A stretch of 63,653 nucleotides of DNA, filler included, from Kipferlia bialata (lineage: Eukaryota): assembly GCA_003568945.1 (NCBI GenBank). It is 8 parts of 8 records of this genome, joined end to end, with 100 filler letters (N's around TTAATTAATTAA, not from the genome) between each part and the next. Parts side by side here need not be neighbours in the genome. Positions count along the whole stretch, not along the records: positions 36,166 to 46,329 come from BDIP01001483.1; positions 46,430 to 56,592 come from BDIP01001484.1; 6 more parts are not named here. One strand, given 5' to 3'. Shown here one piece after another: positions 36,315-49,927 of the stretch. The first letter of the stretch is position 1. Each line of letters opens with the position of its first letter. Position numbers and translations under genes: made by a program. The notes beneath the pieces are model-generated. The model was not told the DNA's origin, ran no database searches, and saw only the letters and a program-made list of their open reading frames with translations.

Positions 36315-39300
36315 GCATCCATCATGTCCTGGGCCTGGGGTCAGGGATAGGGGGAAGGTGTGGTACATATACAAATATAATACACATGTACATTGAATCT
36401 ATACTTTACACATACATATATAGTATATACCTTTGGGTTGGCCAGGAGGGACAGCATGTCCGGGTCATCTATCTATATGTAGAGTATATAATATACTATA
36501 CTCTACATATATAAACAAAATATATACACATCTATCCATGCCTTTGGGTTGGCCAGGAGTGACAGCATGTCCGGGTCATCGGCAATGGCAGCGTGGAGGG
36601 CAGGCATCTTCTCCTGGGGGTAAGATGCATATACATATACATATATACAAATACATATATATAGAGAGAGAGGGGGGGAGAGGGACAAACACCCACCTTG
36701 AGTGTCTCCATGACGATACATTAGCAAATTGTACCCCATATATATATATATATATAGATGTGGGTGGCTGTCTGTGTATATATATACCTTGAGTGTCTCC
36801 ATGAGTGCCTGGTCAGCACCTACTCCTATGTATATACATGCATGCATATACAAGTACCAACATATGTATATACATATACATTATCCCCCCACCTTGAGTG
36901 TCTTCATGAGTGCGGCTGGGTCTGCATGTAATCCCATACATACATATATGTGTGTATATGTGAAAATTATACACCTGTAAATATAAATACCTTGAGTGTC
37001 TCCATGAGTGCGGCTGGGTCAGCTGGGGCAGCAGAGCCAGAGGAGGCAGAGGTGTCACCCGCAGTGGACTGATGGTTAGGGATATATACATATACTAGAG
37101 ATGCAGTATATATCACCATATTATGTAATCCTCATATATATATATATATATGAGGAGGCAGAGGTTTCACCCGCAGTGGACTAGAGGTGAGGATCATACT
37201 AATACTGTATATACAGTAAACATATACATGATAGTATGAATACAATACGAATACATGTAAATTCACGCAGTATATCACACACACTGTACCTGTGTCCTTG
37301 GCTGCCCACCAAACATGCTAGCAAGGGATGTTCATATATATAGAGAGAGAGTACCTACCATAGTACATAGACAATACCTGTGTCCTGGGCTGCCCTCCAA
37401 ACATACTGGCAAGGGGATGTATATATATTTGGTACATATCATAGTACATATACCCCACCTGTGTCCTGGGCTGTCCTCCAAACATACTGGCCAGGGATGT
37501 ATATAGAGAGAGAGTACATATCATAATATATATACCCCACCTGTGTCCTGGGCTGCCCTCCAAACATGCTAGCAAGGGATGAGAAGTCCATGGCGGGGGC
37601 TGCCTTGGCACCCCCGGCCTGTCTCTTGGCCTCAGCTAGGGCCTGGGGTTATGCATTTGAGAGGGCCTTAGGGGTCATATACTAAACACGATATAGATAT
37701 ATATGGTATGTAAATATATTTGCTATATACACCTTGGCCTCGGCAAGGGCCTGGGTAAGGGGATACACATGTTCACTATATATACATTCCATATCCACAT
37801 CTACTCACGTTCTGGTTGGTCTTGGATGGGTCCAGGGACACAGCCTTCTCGCATGCCCTGACGGCACCCTTGACATCGCCTGGGGTAGGTATATAGATAC
37901 AGTATACAGATAGTATACAGATCATATCAGTGATGCCCCCTTGCCATCCCCTCCTATATGTCACCCACCTGTCTTGAGGAGACCCAGGCCAAGACGGTGG
38001 TAGGCCTGGCGTGAGTATGAGGTATATGGATATATGTAAAACATATCCTGGGGTAGTGGATACATGTATATACATATGTGATACATGCATGTATCACATA
38101 ACTTACTCATATATACAACATAGGAGCATCATATCCCACCTTGGCATAGGATGGGTCGAGCTCCGTGGCCTTCTTGGCATCGCTCACCTGGGGGTGAGGC
38201 GTATATTAAGGTACCCATAGCTAGGTGTGGGGAATTGGATACAATAACCATCATACTCTTACATACACACATCCTCTATGTGCCACTCACCACACTCTCC
38301 CAGGCACCCAGCTTGGAGTGCACAGCGGCCCTGGGGTTAGGGGGGTGGGTATGGTCATATGAGTACACAAAACAAGATATAGTATACGTATATATATATA
38401 TATACGTATAGGGGAATATACATATGCTAGCTTGGAGTGCACAGCGGCCCTGGGGTTGGAGGGTGTCATTCATAAGGGCATATAGCAAACTAGCTGTATA
38501 TCAAAACCATATCTATACATACCTATTTGCGTAGTATATGGACACAGGGAGGGCAATGACATTTAGTATTCTATCTCTCTCTCTATCTATCTCTATATGC
38601 ATATATATATACTATACCATATACCTATTAGCGTAGTATATGTGGGAGTGCCCTGGGGTAGATGGACACAGGGCAATGGCATCAGAGAACAGGTTCTTGG
38701 CCTAAGGGTCAGACATGAATACATATATATACATATATACATATATACAACAATAGAGAGAGACACACAAACCCACCTCCTATTACTACTGAGTATACAC
38801 ATATTAGAGCTAATATACGTACCTTCTCGAATGATCCGTTCTTGAATGCCTGGTTGCCCTGTGCCTTCAGCTTATCAGCCTCCTCTGCATTGCCCATCTG
38901 CCTGGGGGTAGATACATATAGAGAGATGGATAGATCGAATGTTATACCTAGCCTCTGCGGACAGGTCGAGGTTGAGTGTCATCATATATAGTAAAGAGTA
39001 CATAGAGTGTATCTATCTATATATATACATATATATACTCTATACCTAGCCTCTGGGGACATGTCGATGTTGAGTGTCATATAGTATAGTAGAGAGTATC
39101 TACCATCTATGTATAAATACTATATACTTTATACTATATATAATACTTCATATACTCTATACCTGGCCTCTGGGGACATGTCGATGTTGAGTGTCTCTGC
39201 CCCAGATGTGAACACTGACAGCAGGGAGTCGGAGGCAGCCACGGACTCGCCTGGTATAAGGTACTATACAAAGAGAGAGAGAGAGAGAGAGAACACAGAC

Positions 39301-39730
39301 AGGAGGGAGTCGGAGGCAGCAACGGACACTGAAGACTAGATAGAGAGAGAAAAGGAAAGAGAGAGAGAGAGAGGTAGAGAGAGAGAGAGAGAGAGAGAAC
39401 ACTGAGAGGAGGGAGTCGGAAGAAGAAACGGTTTCGCCTGGAGGCTATGTAGGGAGAGAGTCAAAGAGAGAGAGAGAGAGAGAACACAGCCATATGCTGT
39501 GTCATTGTAATCCATGACACACTCCTACCTGGGATGCGGAGTCCATCGCACACACACTCAAAGGCAACCTGGGGGTGAGAGGCTAGACATATAAGATGGT
39601 AAACACATGTGTCAGTACCTATATATACATGTATCAATACCTCTAAGGCGTCCACGTCTGTGTGCTTCGCCTTGGTCACCATCAGGTGCTTCAGGTAGCT
39701 GCAGATCTGCTTCTCCAATTCTTGCTGCAT
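36218..39730 (-). CDS. SGTA: SGTA/Sgt2-like TPR co-chaperone, 3' end in the gap
   Basis: N-terminal ICSYLK...DALEVAFECV (SGTA dimerisation-like); TPRs AEEADKLKAQGNQAFK, IYYANRAAVHSKLG, DAKKATELDPSYAKAYHRLGL; Met-rich C-terminal region MDFSSLASMFGG...DDPDMLSLLANPK. Confidence 0.75.
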
Positions 39731-39906
39731 TGTATGGGTGTACAGAGTAGGCCTATGGAGAGAGATGAACACGACAACAGAAGAGTGAAAGAATTGATTG
39801 AAGTGATTGATTCTTCAACAATCTGATTGAGCTGTTCAAAATCGGGTAGATTCTTACACACTGTCTCTCTCGCTGCTCTCTGTTCATTAGTGTACATACA
39901 CCCAGG

Positions 39907-42900
39907 ATGTCTGTACAGGACTGTCCCCTGGGACATAGGGGTGAGTGGATAGATGTATGAACGTACATATATAGATGCAGGGTTGGACTAATCTCAGTCC
40001 CGTAGGACGTCTTGATATACACACTCAACCCCCCCCTACTCCCCTGATACCCTCACTCACCCCAGGGCCAGACACCGATGACCCCCTCCTACCCTATGTC
40101 CACACCCCCTGTGGTCTGGTGGTACATAGACAGTGCATGGGGAGTGGTGTGTGTTGCATATGCCACAGACCATGCGGGGTGGATGCATCTACATCACCAC
40201 TCCACCCTGCACACAGACCAGACACGAGTCGTAGGGAGGGAGATACGGTATCTGTATCGCCTATTGAGGATGCAGGTACACCTCCCATGCATGACCCTGT
40301 GTGTGATGAGGTGTCTGAGTGTGAGTCCGATGTGAGTCGAGGATGGACATATGGATGAGGCATTCACTGTGATATGCTGGGGCATAGACACAGACGGGGA
40401 ACAGGGAGATGCACCACCCACAGAGGATGAAGTCTCTCTGCCTAGTGTTCAGAGCCCAGTTTCTAGGAGTGTGCCTGCCTCTGTGCCTGTTTGCAGTCCA
40501 ACCCCTCTCTCTCCCCCCTTGTCCCCTCTGACCAGGCCCAGTGAGCTGACCCTGCACCCCTCCCACACCACCCCTCAGCCAGAGGATAGGTATGTAGGAG
40601 TATATACATGGCTGCCATGTATTACATGGCATTAGTTTATATATATATTTACGGTTAGGTCAATGACGGACAATGTGTATAGAGTTATACATACACATGT
40701 ATATTATTCTATACACATGTAGCCACCCTGATACTACCCCTCACCCTTAGACACACCCCAGGCATAGACAGCTGGTTATGCTCAATGCAATACGATTGTA
40801 TACAGTAGTGTAGTTCTCGCCTACACGCTTGCATTCACTATGTCATTATGAAATACATTGATTGTATTGAGGGAGGATTCTGCATATATATGAAATACAA
40901 ATATGCACATATACCTCACCTCTAGGCCGGCTAGCACCGCTGGTCCCACTCCCATGCAGAGTGAGGACACTGTCGGCACAACCACCCCTGCACCCTTGGC
41001 CAAGGTCACCATGTACACACCGGAACCTGACACTGGGAGGGAGCTAGAGGGAGATAGGTGTCTTAGTCTTGCCCCCCCTGTCACTCCCACTCCCCCTCCC
41101 TCTGCACCTAGTGGAATGACACTACCCCTCACCTTGGCCTCCTCTGCCCCCCTAGTTCTCCCACACCCTACCCTTCAGTCAGAAGGGGGAGTGTCTCTCC
41201 CTTCCAGAATGACACGGGCTGTGTGGAGAGTAGTCAGCACTCCCCTCGCCCACATTGTCAGTGTCTGTCTTGCTGTAGTCGCCTTCTGTGTCACAGCCGG
41301 CGCTGGATGGGTCCTTCTCATCTGGGCCGTGTTTTCCCCAGAGGAACACACCCTCTTGAACCTGGAGGACCCTTGGGGGCTTGTGATTGATGGTTCACTG
41401 CTTCTTGGAGGCCTGGCTGCGTACTGCACCCATGGCCTAGTCCTCACTGCATGTGTGGGTGAGAGACAGCATCGTGAGTGGGACATGGCTGACATACTGG
41501 CCAGGCTGTGGGTTAGAGTCAGGGGTATTGGATCTGGTGCGGCCCGTAGCACTGATACTGCAGATACTGTCCGGATGGGATCCGTCAACCAGGCTGGGTT
41601 GTATGGGCATAATCCAACCCACACTCTCTCCCCTTCCCCTCTGTCTGTGTGTCTGCAGTTCCCTCTCATCCTGGTCATCGCCTTCTGTCCTGCAGTACTT
41701 ATCGGCTGTGTGGTTCAGCGTTACGTATCTGCACCGGGTGACACCTGGGTGTCCATGTGTGTGACAGTCGTTGTCCTCACCCTTGTGTTCTGGTATCTTC
41801 TGGCACTGGTCTCTCCTGTCCCATGCAGAGAGAGACCAACGGCAGACGGTGACCAGCGATCTACATCCTCTACATCGTCTGCCTCCTCTGCCTCTATGTC
41901 CCCTGCCAAAGTGGACCAGACCAGCAGTGGGGGGGTGGCGCAAGAGTGTGATGTGGTTCCGTCCTGTAGTGGTGACGCACATGCCGGTGAGACAGAGGAC
42001 GAGCCTCTCTACGACGCCTACACAGATATCGCTGAGCTAGGTGTGGGGGGGACACACAGAGAGAGAGAGGCAGCCGAGACTGAGGGACAGAGTGATGAAC
42101 GGGAGTCCCTGGAAGCCTCTTGTCCTGCTCCGAGTCCAACTGATGCGCTGACAGATGGTGATGATACAGATGCCCGTACTCCCATCGGGGCAGCAGGTAG
42201 AGATACCCCTTCCCCTTCCACCTTTACTCGTGTCCTCTCTGCCTTATGGATGACCCTCGAGTACATCTATGCCCTCTGCATGAGTCTGGCGGCTGCTGGG
42301 AAGGGGTTTGTATATGGAGCCCTAATCTCACTGGGGGTCTTCATTACAATATTCGCTCTAGCAGGCGGTTTTGGAGTGCACTTGGAAGAGAATGACCTAG
42401 CTCTTTGCTGCTTCTGCGGTGTCTGTGGTCTCCTCACCGCCATCGACCACTTCTACTACGCATGGGTGTCATGTGATAGCAACAGGGCTCCGAGACACCT
42501 ACTGCCGCTGTGCATCAGATGGGTGTGGAGGGTGCTCAGGGGGGTCAGGTCCCACCCTCACCCTGTGGATACTGCAGCTGTTCGCCTACCGACCACCGAT
42601 GGTCACCGTCCCCCTGGACACTCTACTGATCCTCGTCCTGATCCTGATGACACTATTACTGCCAGTTCCAGTGGGGTCCCTGCCCTCATAGGCACGTTCC
42701 CACCTCCCCATCGCTCCATATCTCGTCTCATCGTCATCCAGCATCTGACGAGGTCCCCTTGTAGAGTGATATTTGCTATGATGTGTCTAGCTGCTGCGAC
42801 TAAGATCCTCTTCGTCCCAGTACTCTACCTAGTCATCTACGTGTCAGAGGGTAGACTCTATGCAGCGTTCGTCCAGATGCTAGCTTGGGGTATCGACATC

Positions 42901-44691
42901 GTTCTAGGTGTCATTGCAGCTGTATGCGGGTATGTGTACTATCCCAGCCTAATACCGACCCATCGATGGGGGTGTGACACCCGACAGCAGAGAGAGGGAC
43001 AGAGGGTGGGTGTAGAGTGTTTGAACGACCCTTCATCCGGTGCTCATGGGGCAGAGTCTCCTGTCTCATCCACTGTGTCTGGTACTTCCCCTACCCATGC
43101 CATGGTTGAGACCAGTGTCGCTGCTGAGCCTGATTCCACCCTCCCTTCCCCACCGATCAGCCTGGATCGCTGTAGAGGGCGTATCATCTTTGCGACTCTC
43201 ATCACTGTCCTTTGCATAGTGTACAGGGCAGTACTCTCACACATTCCCCTAGAGTACAGGGTCTGGGGTACTATACTGCCCAGGCTGTGCTACTCTGTTG
43301 TGGCCCTTGCCGTAGCCGCCGTACTTCCCGTTGCCGTGATATGGAGTCTCTCAAGGCGCCTCCGCTCACATAATGCCACTTCTTCCGACCAAGTGGCTGC
43401 TCAGGAGGCCTGCACTGCTGTTGAAAGTGCCTCCGCCAACATGTGTAGTGTTGGTACAGACCATGCCCCTGAGACTGAGTCTGATGTGGTATCACCAGAG
43501 GTCACTGATATCCACCCCTGTGTCCTAGCTCCCACTAGTGGCCCTGCACCACCAGCCCTACTGTCACCTCTACCTTCCACTCACACTACCACTTCTGAGG
43601 GTGGCCACCAGTGCCCCAGTGGGACGGTCCCTCTCTACGACTCCCTCACAGACACACTCTCCATAACTCCCATACACACTGAGAGAGAGACAGTCTCTGT
43701 GAGAGACTCTGAGCCTTACCCTGTATCAGATACTCCTGACGACTCTGCTGAGCTAGGTGTCGATGGGATACAGAGAGAGAGAGAGGCAGTGGAGACTGAG
43801 GGAGCGAGTGATGAACGGGAGTCCCTGGAAGCCCCTTCTCCGCCTCATCCTAGCACTACTGATGCTGATGCTGATACTGATGCTCGGACTCTCAATGGGG
43901 CAGCTACGCCTTCCCGTTCTACCGTGAGGCGTATCCTCTCTGCAGTATGGACAGCACTCAAGTTCAGCGTTGCCCTGTGTGTTAGTCTGACAGCCGCGGG
44001 CTGCGGGTTGATGTGTGGCGGCCTGCTCACCCTGGTGGGCATGGGTATATTATCCATTGTGGCTTACCGTGTTGTAGGAGTGGATGTCGACTCTGATACC
44101 ATGATCCTTTGCGCTCTCTGTGGGGGTGTCCTGACTGCCATCGATCTCTTCTGCTTTGTCCTATTGTCATCTATTAGGAACAGACCCCCCAGACACATAC
44201 TGCCACTGTGTATCAGATGGGTGTGGACGTTGCTCACAGGTGTATGTTTCCGCGATATCACCGTCGCCATCCAGTGTCTGATGGGGTTCCTTTGCAGAGT
44301 GCTCTTTGCAGCCATGTGTCTGGTTGCTACCAGTGTAATCCTCTTCGTCCCAGTGCTCAACCTAGTCCTCTATGTGTTTGAGGGTAGACTCTATGCCGCA
44401 TTCATCCAGATGCTGGCTTGGGGTATTGACATCGTGTTGGGTGTTATTGCAGCTGTATGCGGGTATGTGTACTATCCTCGCATTGTACCTGTCATTGGCC
44501 GTGTCTTTTCCTTCCTGGCATCAGCTGTCAGGCTCTTAGTAGTGGGTGTGCCGGTAATGCTGTACAGGTGTGTCGTGTTTGTTGGTAGGCACTGGCGAGT
44601 GGTGCTGTGGGTTACACTATGCGTACCTTGCAGTGTTTTGGTACTAAGGATACCCACCATGCCACTCCAGGCCACATATATAACACAATGA
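39907..44691 (+). CDS. Large multi-pass membrane protein with an N-terminal Cys/His (RING-like) cluster and an internal duplication; about 3.75-kb final exon
   Basis: Early exons give MSVQDCPLGHR-GPD..HTPCGLVVHRQC..VCCICHRPC; the 1262-codon ORF 40903-44691 has many hydrophobic helices; exact 3' end uncertain. Confidence 0.55.
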
Positions 44692-46429
44692 CATAAGTAG
44701 ATATACCATGCAACACCCCATTAGACTGCAGTTTGCAACACGCTGTTGTCAATATGGCTGGGAGCTCCAGCTCAAACAGTCCTTGATGGGTGCTGCAAAT
44801 TTCCGACAACGCTCTTCCAGAAAGCTCCAGAGAGATCCGTTGGATCTCAGATCCAATGACATATGGTATATCGGTGAGAACAGAGACCCCTCAGAAGAGG
44901 TATATCCCTGTGTAAATGATCACGTCGAAGCTGCGAACTAAGTAGAGCTAACTCAATACACATTCTTTCACACTTTTCATTCCGCTGTCCTTGCCTCAGC
45001 TCTTGATGATCTTCAAATATTGGACCCGTATGACATAATCACCATCCCACAAATTACTATCTACGAAAATACGTTACTTCTCCATTGCATCTGGAGCTAC
45101 ACACGTCTACTATATGAGTCCGCGACCCCGATTCATACGTTGGCCCTATGCATATGAGACCTCAAAAGAAAGTACTAGGGTCACACTCGGTCATGGGTAC
45201 ATGTTGGGGACTGCCACTGAGGGACTGGAGCAGATCTCTATCCACAAGAAGTACAAAGGGATACGTGGACCCCTGAACCTGGGGGTGTCAGTTATGGCAC
45301 ACACCATCACATATTAACATATCATACTCCTGCATTTGTGGATAGCCCCACCTGCCGGAAGGGTATATTCCCCTCTATCTTGAGTGAACAATACATGCAA
45401 TATAGATCAATTGCACTAACATGTATATAGTATATACATGCATATGCACAGATACCTGCCAGAAGTGCTTCTCCCCCTCCACGTTGAACCCTATACTCAC
45501 ATGACGACCAGTGCTCCCAACTGCCTTGAGGTCTCAGACCGTTCTGGTCTCGCCTGTTACCAGGCGGAGGGGTTGGCTACATGTAAGTGTGTATACTCAA
45601 CATATCAATGAGCTCCCGAGGTCTGTCAAACTATGACAGTTGATGAAAGAGTTAACTCAGTATATACATTGAAGTGTGAAAGAGCGTATATATAGATGCA
45701 CAGTCGGATAGGCAAACAGCCAGCAAAGGCATATTGATACATAGAGCCTCTCACTTAGACAAACTGTCTCTATGAGTGAGTACACAGTTATCTCTGGCTC
45801 CATCAAAACCTGGGTTTTGTACAGTGATTATGTCTCTCGTATTACGAAATACTTAGCTGTCACTCAATCAATGTGGCGTATATCGTACATGCATGCCCGT
45901 ATCTCCATCCTGCATCTGCGCCGAGTACACGATGACCCTATCTACTGACAGCACTCCGGTCAGACTCAGACACCCGAGGGGGACAGGCCCATGCTGCCAT
46001 CCACCACTGACGCTGAAGCTGGGAGTAGGTGGGTAGTATTAGGCAGTACTTATACGTCAAGCACGACCCATATATGATGCTACTGACGCTTGCATGGGGG
46101 TTGCAATACATTTGAAGTATGTATGTACACTCTGATACTGACCATCTGCAACACTGTAGCCAGGGCTGTCACTATTCAAAATACCGCGTCCAGATCCAGT
46201 GGATCAGTGGTGGATCCACCACCCTCAGTCCAGTTCGTGGTGGACCAACACAATCCACCACATCTGACAATAGTTTGGATATTTTCGAGTACTTGACTGA
46301 ATTCTTCTCCTTACCACTTCCTGACATCCNNNNNNNNNNNNNNNNNNNNNNNNNNNNNNNNNNNNNNNNNNNNTTAATTAATTAANNNNNNNNNNNNNNN
46401 NNNNNNNNNNNNNNNNNNNNNNNNNNNNN

Positions 46430-46751
46430 CCTCGATGAACTCTGCCCCCTTGAGCAGAGCAGAGGGCTTGACTGTCTTGTCGGAGGTTCTGATCTCCACA
46501 GCCTTCACCTTCCTGTTGTACCTCACATCGAGCTTAAGGTGCTTCATGAGAGGCTCAGTGATCTGCTTCCAGTCCCTCATAAGCGGGGAGTACCGATTAG
46601 CTGGGATGTACACACGACGGAAGCCGGGAGCAACATCGATATCCTTGTATGAGCCAAATCAAGCTAAAAGACTCAGAAAAAAGCAATGTACCTCAGCACT
46701 ACCGCTGGCAGCAGCCTCAGAGCTCTGCTTGGCGAACTTAGGGATGCCCAT
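46430..46751 (-). CDS. PNO1: Pre-rRNA processing KH-domain protein PNO1/Dim2, partial; exon 1 46692-46751, exon 2 from 46643
   Basis: MGIPKFAK...FRRVYIPANRYSPLMRDWKQITEPLMKHLKLDVRYNRKVKAVEIRTS...ALLKGAEFIE. Confidence 0.9.
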
Positions 46752-47103
46752 TGCTGCGGACTGACTATACAAGAGAGTATCAACAGGAGTTCCCGACTTG
46801 CTAAAAATGTCACCAGTATGATTAAGCTTAGTGACAGTTTATGCCTAATTAAGCATAGCATTTTAGCACTATTTGGGCAGGTCGATGTTACGCTAGATCT
46901 AAGGTACCTCCAGATCCGAGAGGAGAGGGGGCCCTCTAAAACCCAGCACTGTGTCTCTCAACTGGGGCTTCAATCCATGGTTTGATCTGAGTAAACTACG
47001 TACATATAAGTATACCACCAACATATAATTGTCAGGAGCCATTAATATACTGGAATCACACGTGAAACGACGTATCATACACTGTGAAGCAGACCCCAGG
47101 ACT

Positions 47104-47687
47104 CTACTCAAGACTGTGTGTAGTACTATGTGAGTCCTGGAGGGTAGTGTCCAAAGAGAAGACATCCAGCCCAGTTGCCGGACCTTCTTGTACCATTCCC
47201 ACGGCACCCTCTTCCTCTAGATCTACGCCAATATCCTTTGAAGTATCGCTCACTGCTACTGAGGTCATTGGTCTCGACTCCACCCCCACCGTTCCCTCAC
47301 ATGGGTGAGGCTCTGAGACCATACTCCCATCACACGGGGGTATATCACTGTGTATGTGGGTGTCGGGAGGGCATGGGTCCGGGTGTGTGTACCCATCTGT
47401 ACCAGAGGGGACAGGGGACCCCATCTGGGAGAGCAGTATCAGAGGGGACAGGTGGGACAGACGTCTCGACAGCGTGGTGTATGCCTTGGGGTCAGGATAT
47501 ATATATACAGAGAGAGAGAAACAGGCGTTTCGACAGCGTGGTGTATGCCTTGGGGTCAGTATCAGTATCAGTATCGATCTGCCGGGTATCATTATATATA
47601 TACAGAGAGAGAGAGAGAGAGATAGTATGGGTGTGAGCATGCCTTGGGACACCAGTGCTATGAGTATGGAAATATAGAATGAGTGTG

Positions 47688-47718
<31 letters not shown>

Positions 47719-49578
47719 ATACCTTTGTCTGTCACAGCAGTGCCAGTATACACTATATACACTATATATATATAGATATACCTTTGTCTGTGGCAGCAGT
47801 GCCAGTATGCAGTACAGTGCCCTGACCAGAGGTGCATGCCTCACAGGCCTCGCAAGGTCAACCCTCAGTCTAGGCATAAGAGGGTTGATGCACAGAGAGA
47901 ACACAATACAGAGAACAAAACAAGTGATGCCTGTCTCCAGAACGCACACAAAGGTATACACTATGTATATATGCATATGTATCCATATACCTGGCGTATA
48001 CAGGTGTCTCTAGCATGCACACAATGGAATATACTATAGATGCATATGGTATACTTATATATGCATGTATGTACACATAACTAGTGACCTGGCGTATACA
48101 GGTGTCTCCAGCATGCACACCAACTGGTCAAGGTCGGTCAGGGTCTCGGCATCAAGGGGCCTGCGGTGAGGAGATATATCTCTATATGCCAGAAGAGAGA
48201 GAGAGAGAGAGATGAGCTTGGCCATCAAGGGGCCTGGGGTGAGGAGGTATATATCTATATGCCAGAAGAGAGAGAGAGAGAGAGATGAGCCTGGCCATCA
48301 AGGGGCCTGGGGTGAGGAGATATAGATCTATATACCGGAAGAGAGAGAGAGAGAGAGATGTGCTTGGGCATCAAGGGGCCTGGGGTGAGGAGATATATAT
48401 ACATATAGAGAGAGAGAGACAGAGAGAGACAGAGAGAGAGATGAGCTTGGGCACCAAGGGGGGGTCTGGGGTGAGGACGAGAGGGAGAGAGAGAGTAGCA
48501 GAGTGAGGCTGGGGAGAGAGTGAGGAAACGGGGGGCACCTGGAAAACCAGTAGTCCTCAACCGCCTGCTATACCTAAACTTGACCAAATATGTGCACTTA
48601 TGCATACCTAGTCACCATGTCCTCCACCAGCTGTATACCTATACATATGTGTATATATATATAGATACTGATCCACCTAATGTATCCACACCTGATCACC
48701 ATCTCTTCCACCAGCTGTACCACAGATGCATATCTACATATGTATATATGTTATGTATACATATACATATATACACGTGTAAGTGTCATACAGTATGTAT
48801 TCAAGACTATATATATGCACTTATGCATACCTAGTCACCATGTCTTCCACCAGCTGTACCACAGATGCATATCTGCATATGTATATGTTATGTATACATA
48901 TACACATATACATATCCACATATCTACATATGTTTCCAATATCTAGTATACCTGGTCACCATCTCTTCCACCAGCTGTACCACCGATGCATATCTACATA
49001 TGTATATGTAATGTATACATATACATATACACATATACCTGGTCACCATCTCTTCCACCAGCTGTATACCTGTATATATGTATATGATATGTATACATAT
49101 ACATATATATACCTTGTCACCATCTCTTCCACCAGCTGTACCACAGATGCATATCTACCGGCCAGCAGGAGCAGGGACATCAGGCTGACGGGGTCGACAC
49201 TGAATGCACTGGGGGGTGAGGTCATGTTGTCTCTGCATCCCTCTCTCTCTCTCTCTCTATATATATATGCGTGTATATATATATATATATACATGTATAC
49301 AAATATATATATATACTGAAGGCACTGGGGGGTGAGGTCATGTCTCTGTATCCCTAACTCTCTCTCTCTCTATATATATATACATATATATATATGTATA
49401 TATATATATACTCTTATATATTTATAAATCTATATATACATATACATACCTGATGAGTGACACCATGCTGTGTGCATCCTGTCTCTCTCTCTCTCTCTCT
49501 CTCTATACATATATATATATATATATGCATATATATACATACACACCTGATGAGTGACACCATGCTGTGTGCATCCTG

Positions 49579-49610
<32 letters not shown>

Positions 49611-49888
49611 AATATATATACATATATATACATATATACCTGATGAGTGACACCATGCTGTCTATATATATGTAAACATATATATGAATATATATTACAC
49701 ATGATATGTACCCTGTACCTGATGAGTGACACCATGCTGTGTGCATCCTGTCTCAGACCCAGTCTCACATCGGCATACTCAGGGGCTGGGGGTCAGTGTA
49801 ATATATATATGTGTGCATATATACAAATAAACATATATGAGAATGTATGGAGACCCAGTCTCACATCGGCATACTCAGGGGCTGGGGG

Positions 49889-49927
<39 letters not shown>

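Noticed and set aside
44700..46329. Scattered exon-like segments on the minus strand
   Set aside because: No consistent reading frame or recognisable domain could be assembled, so no gene was called.
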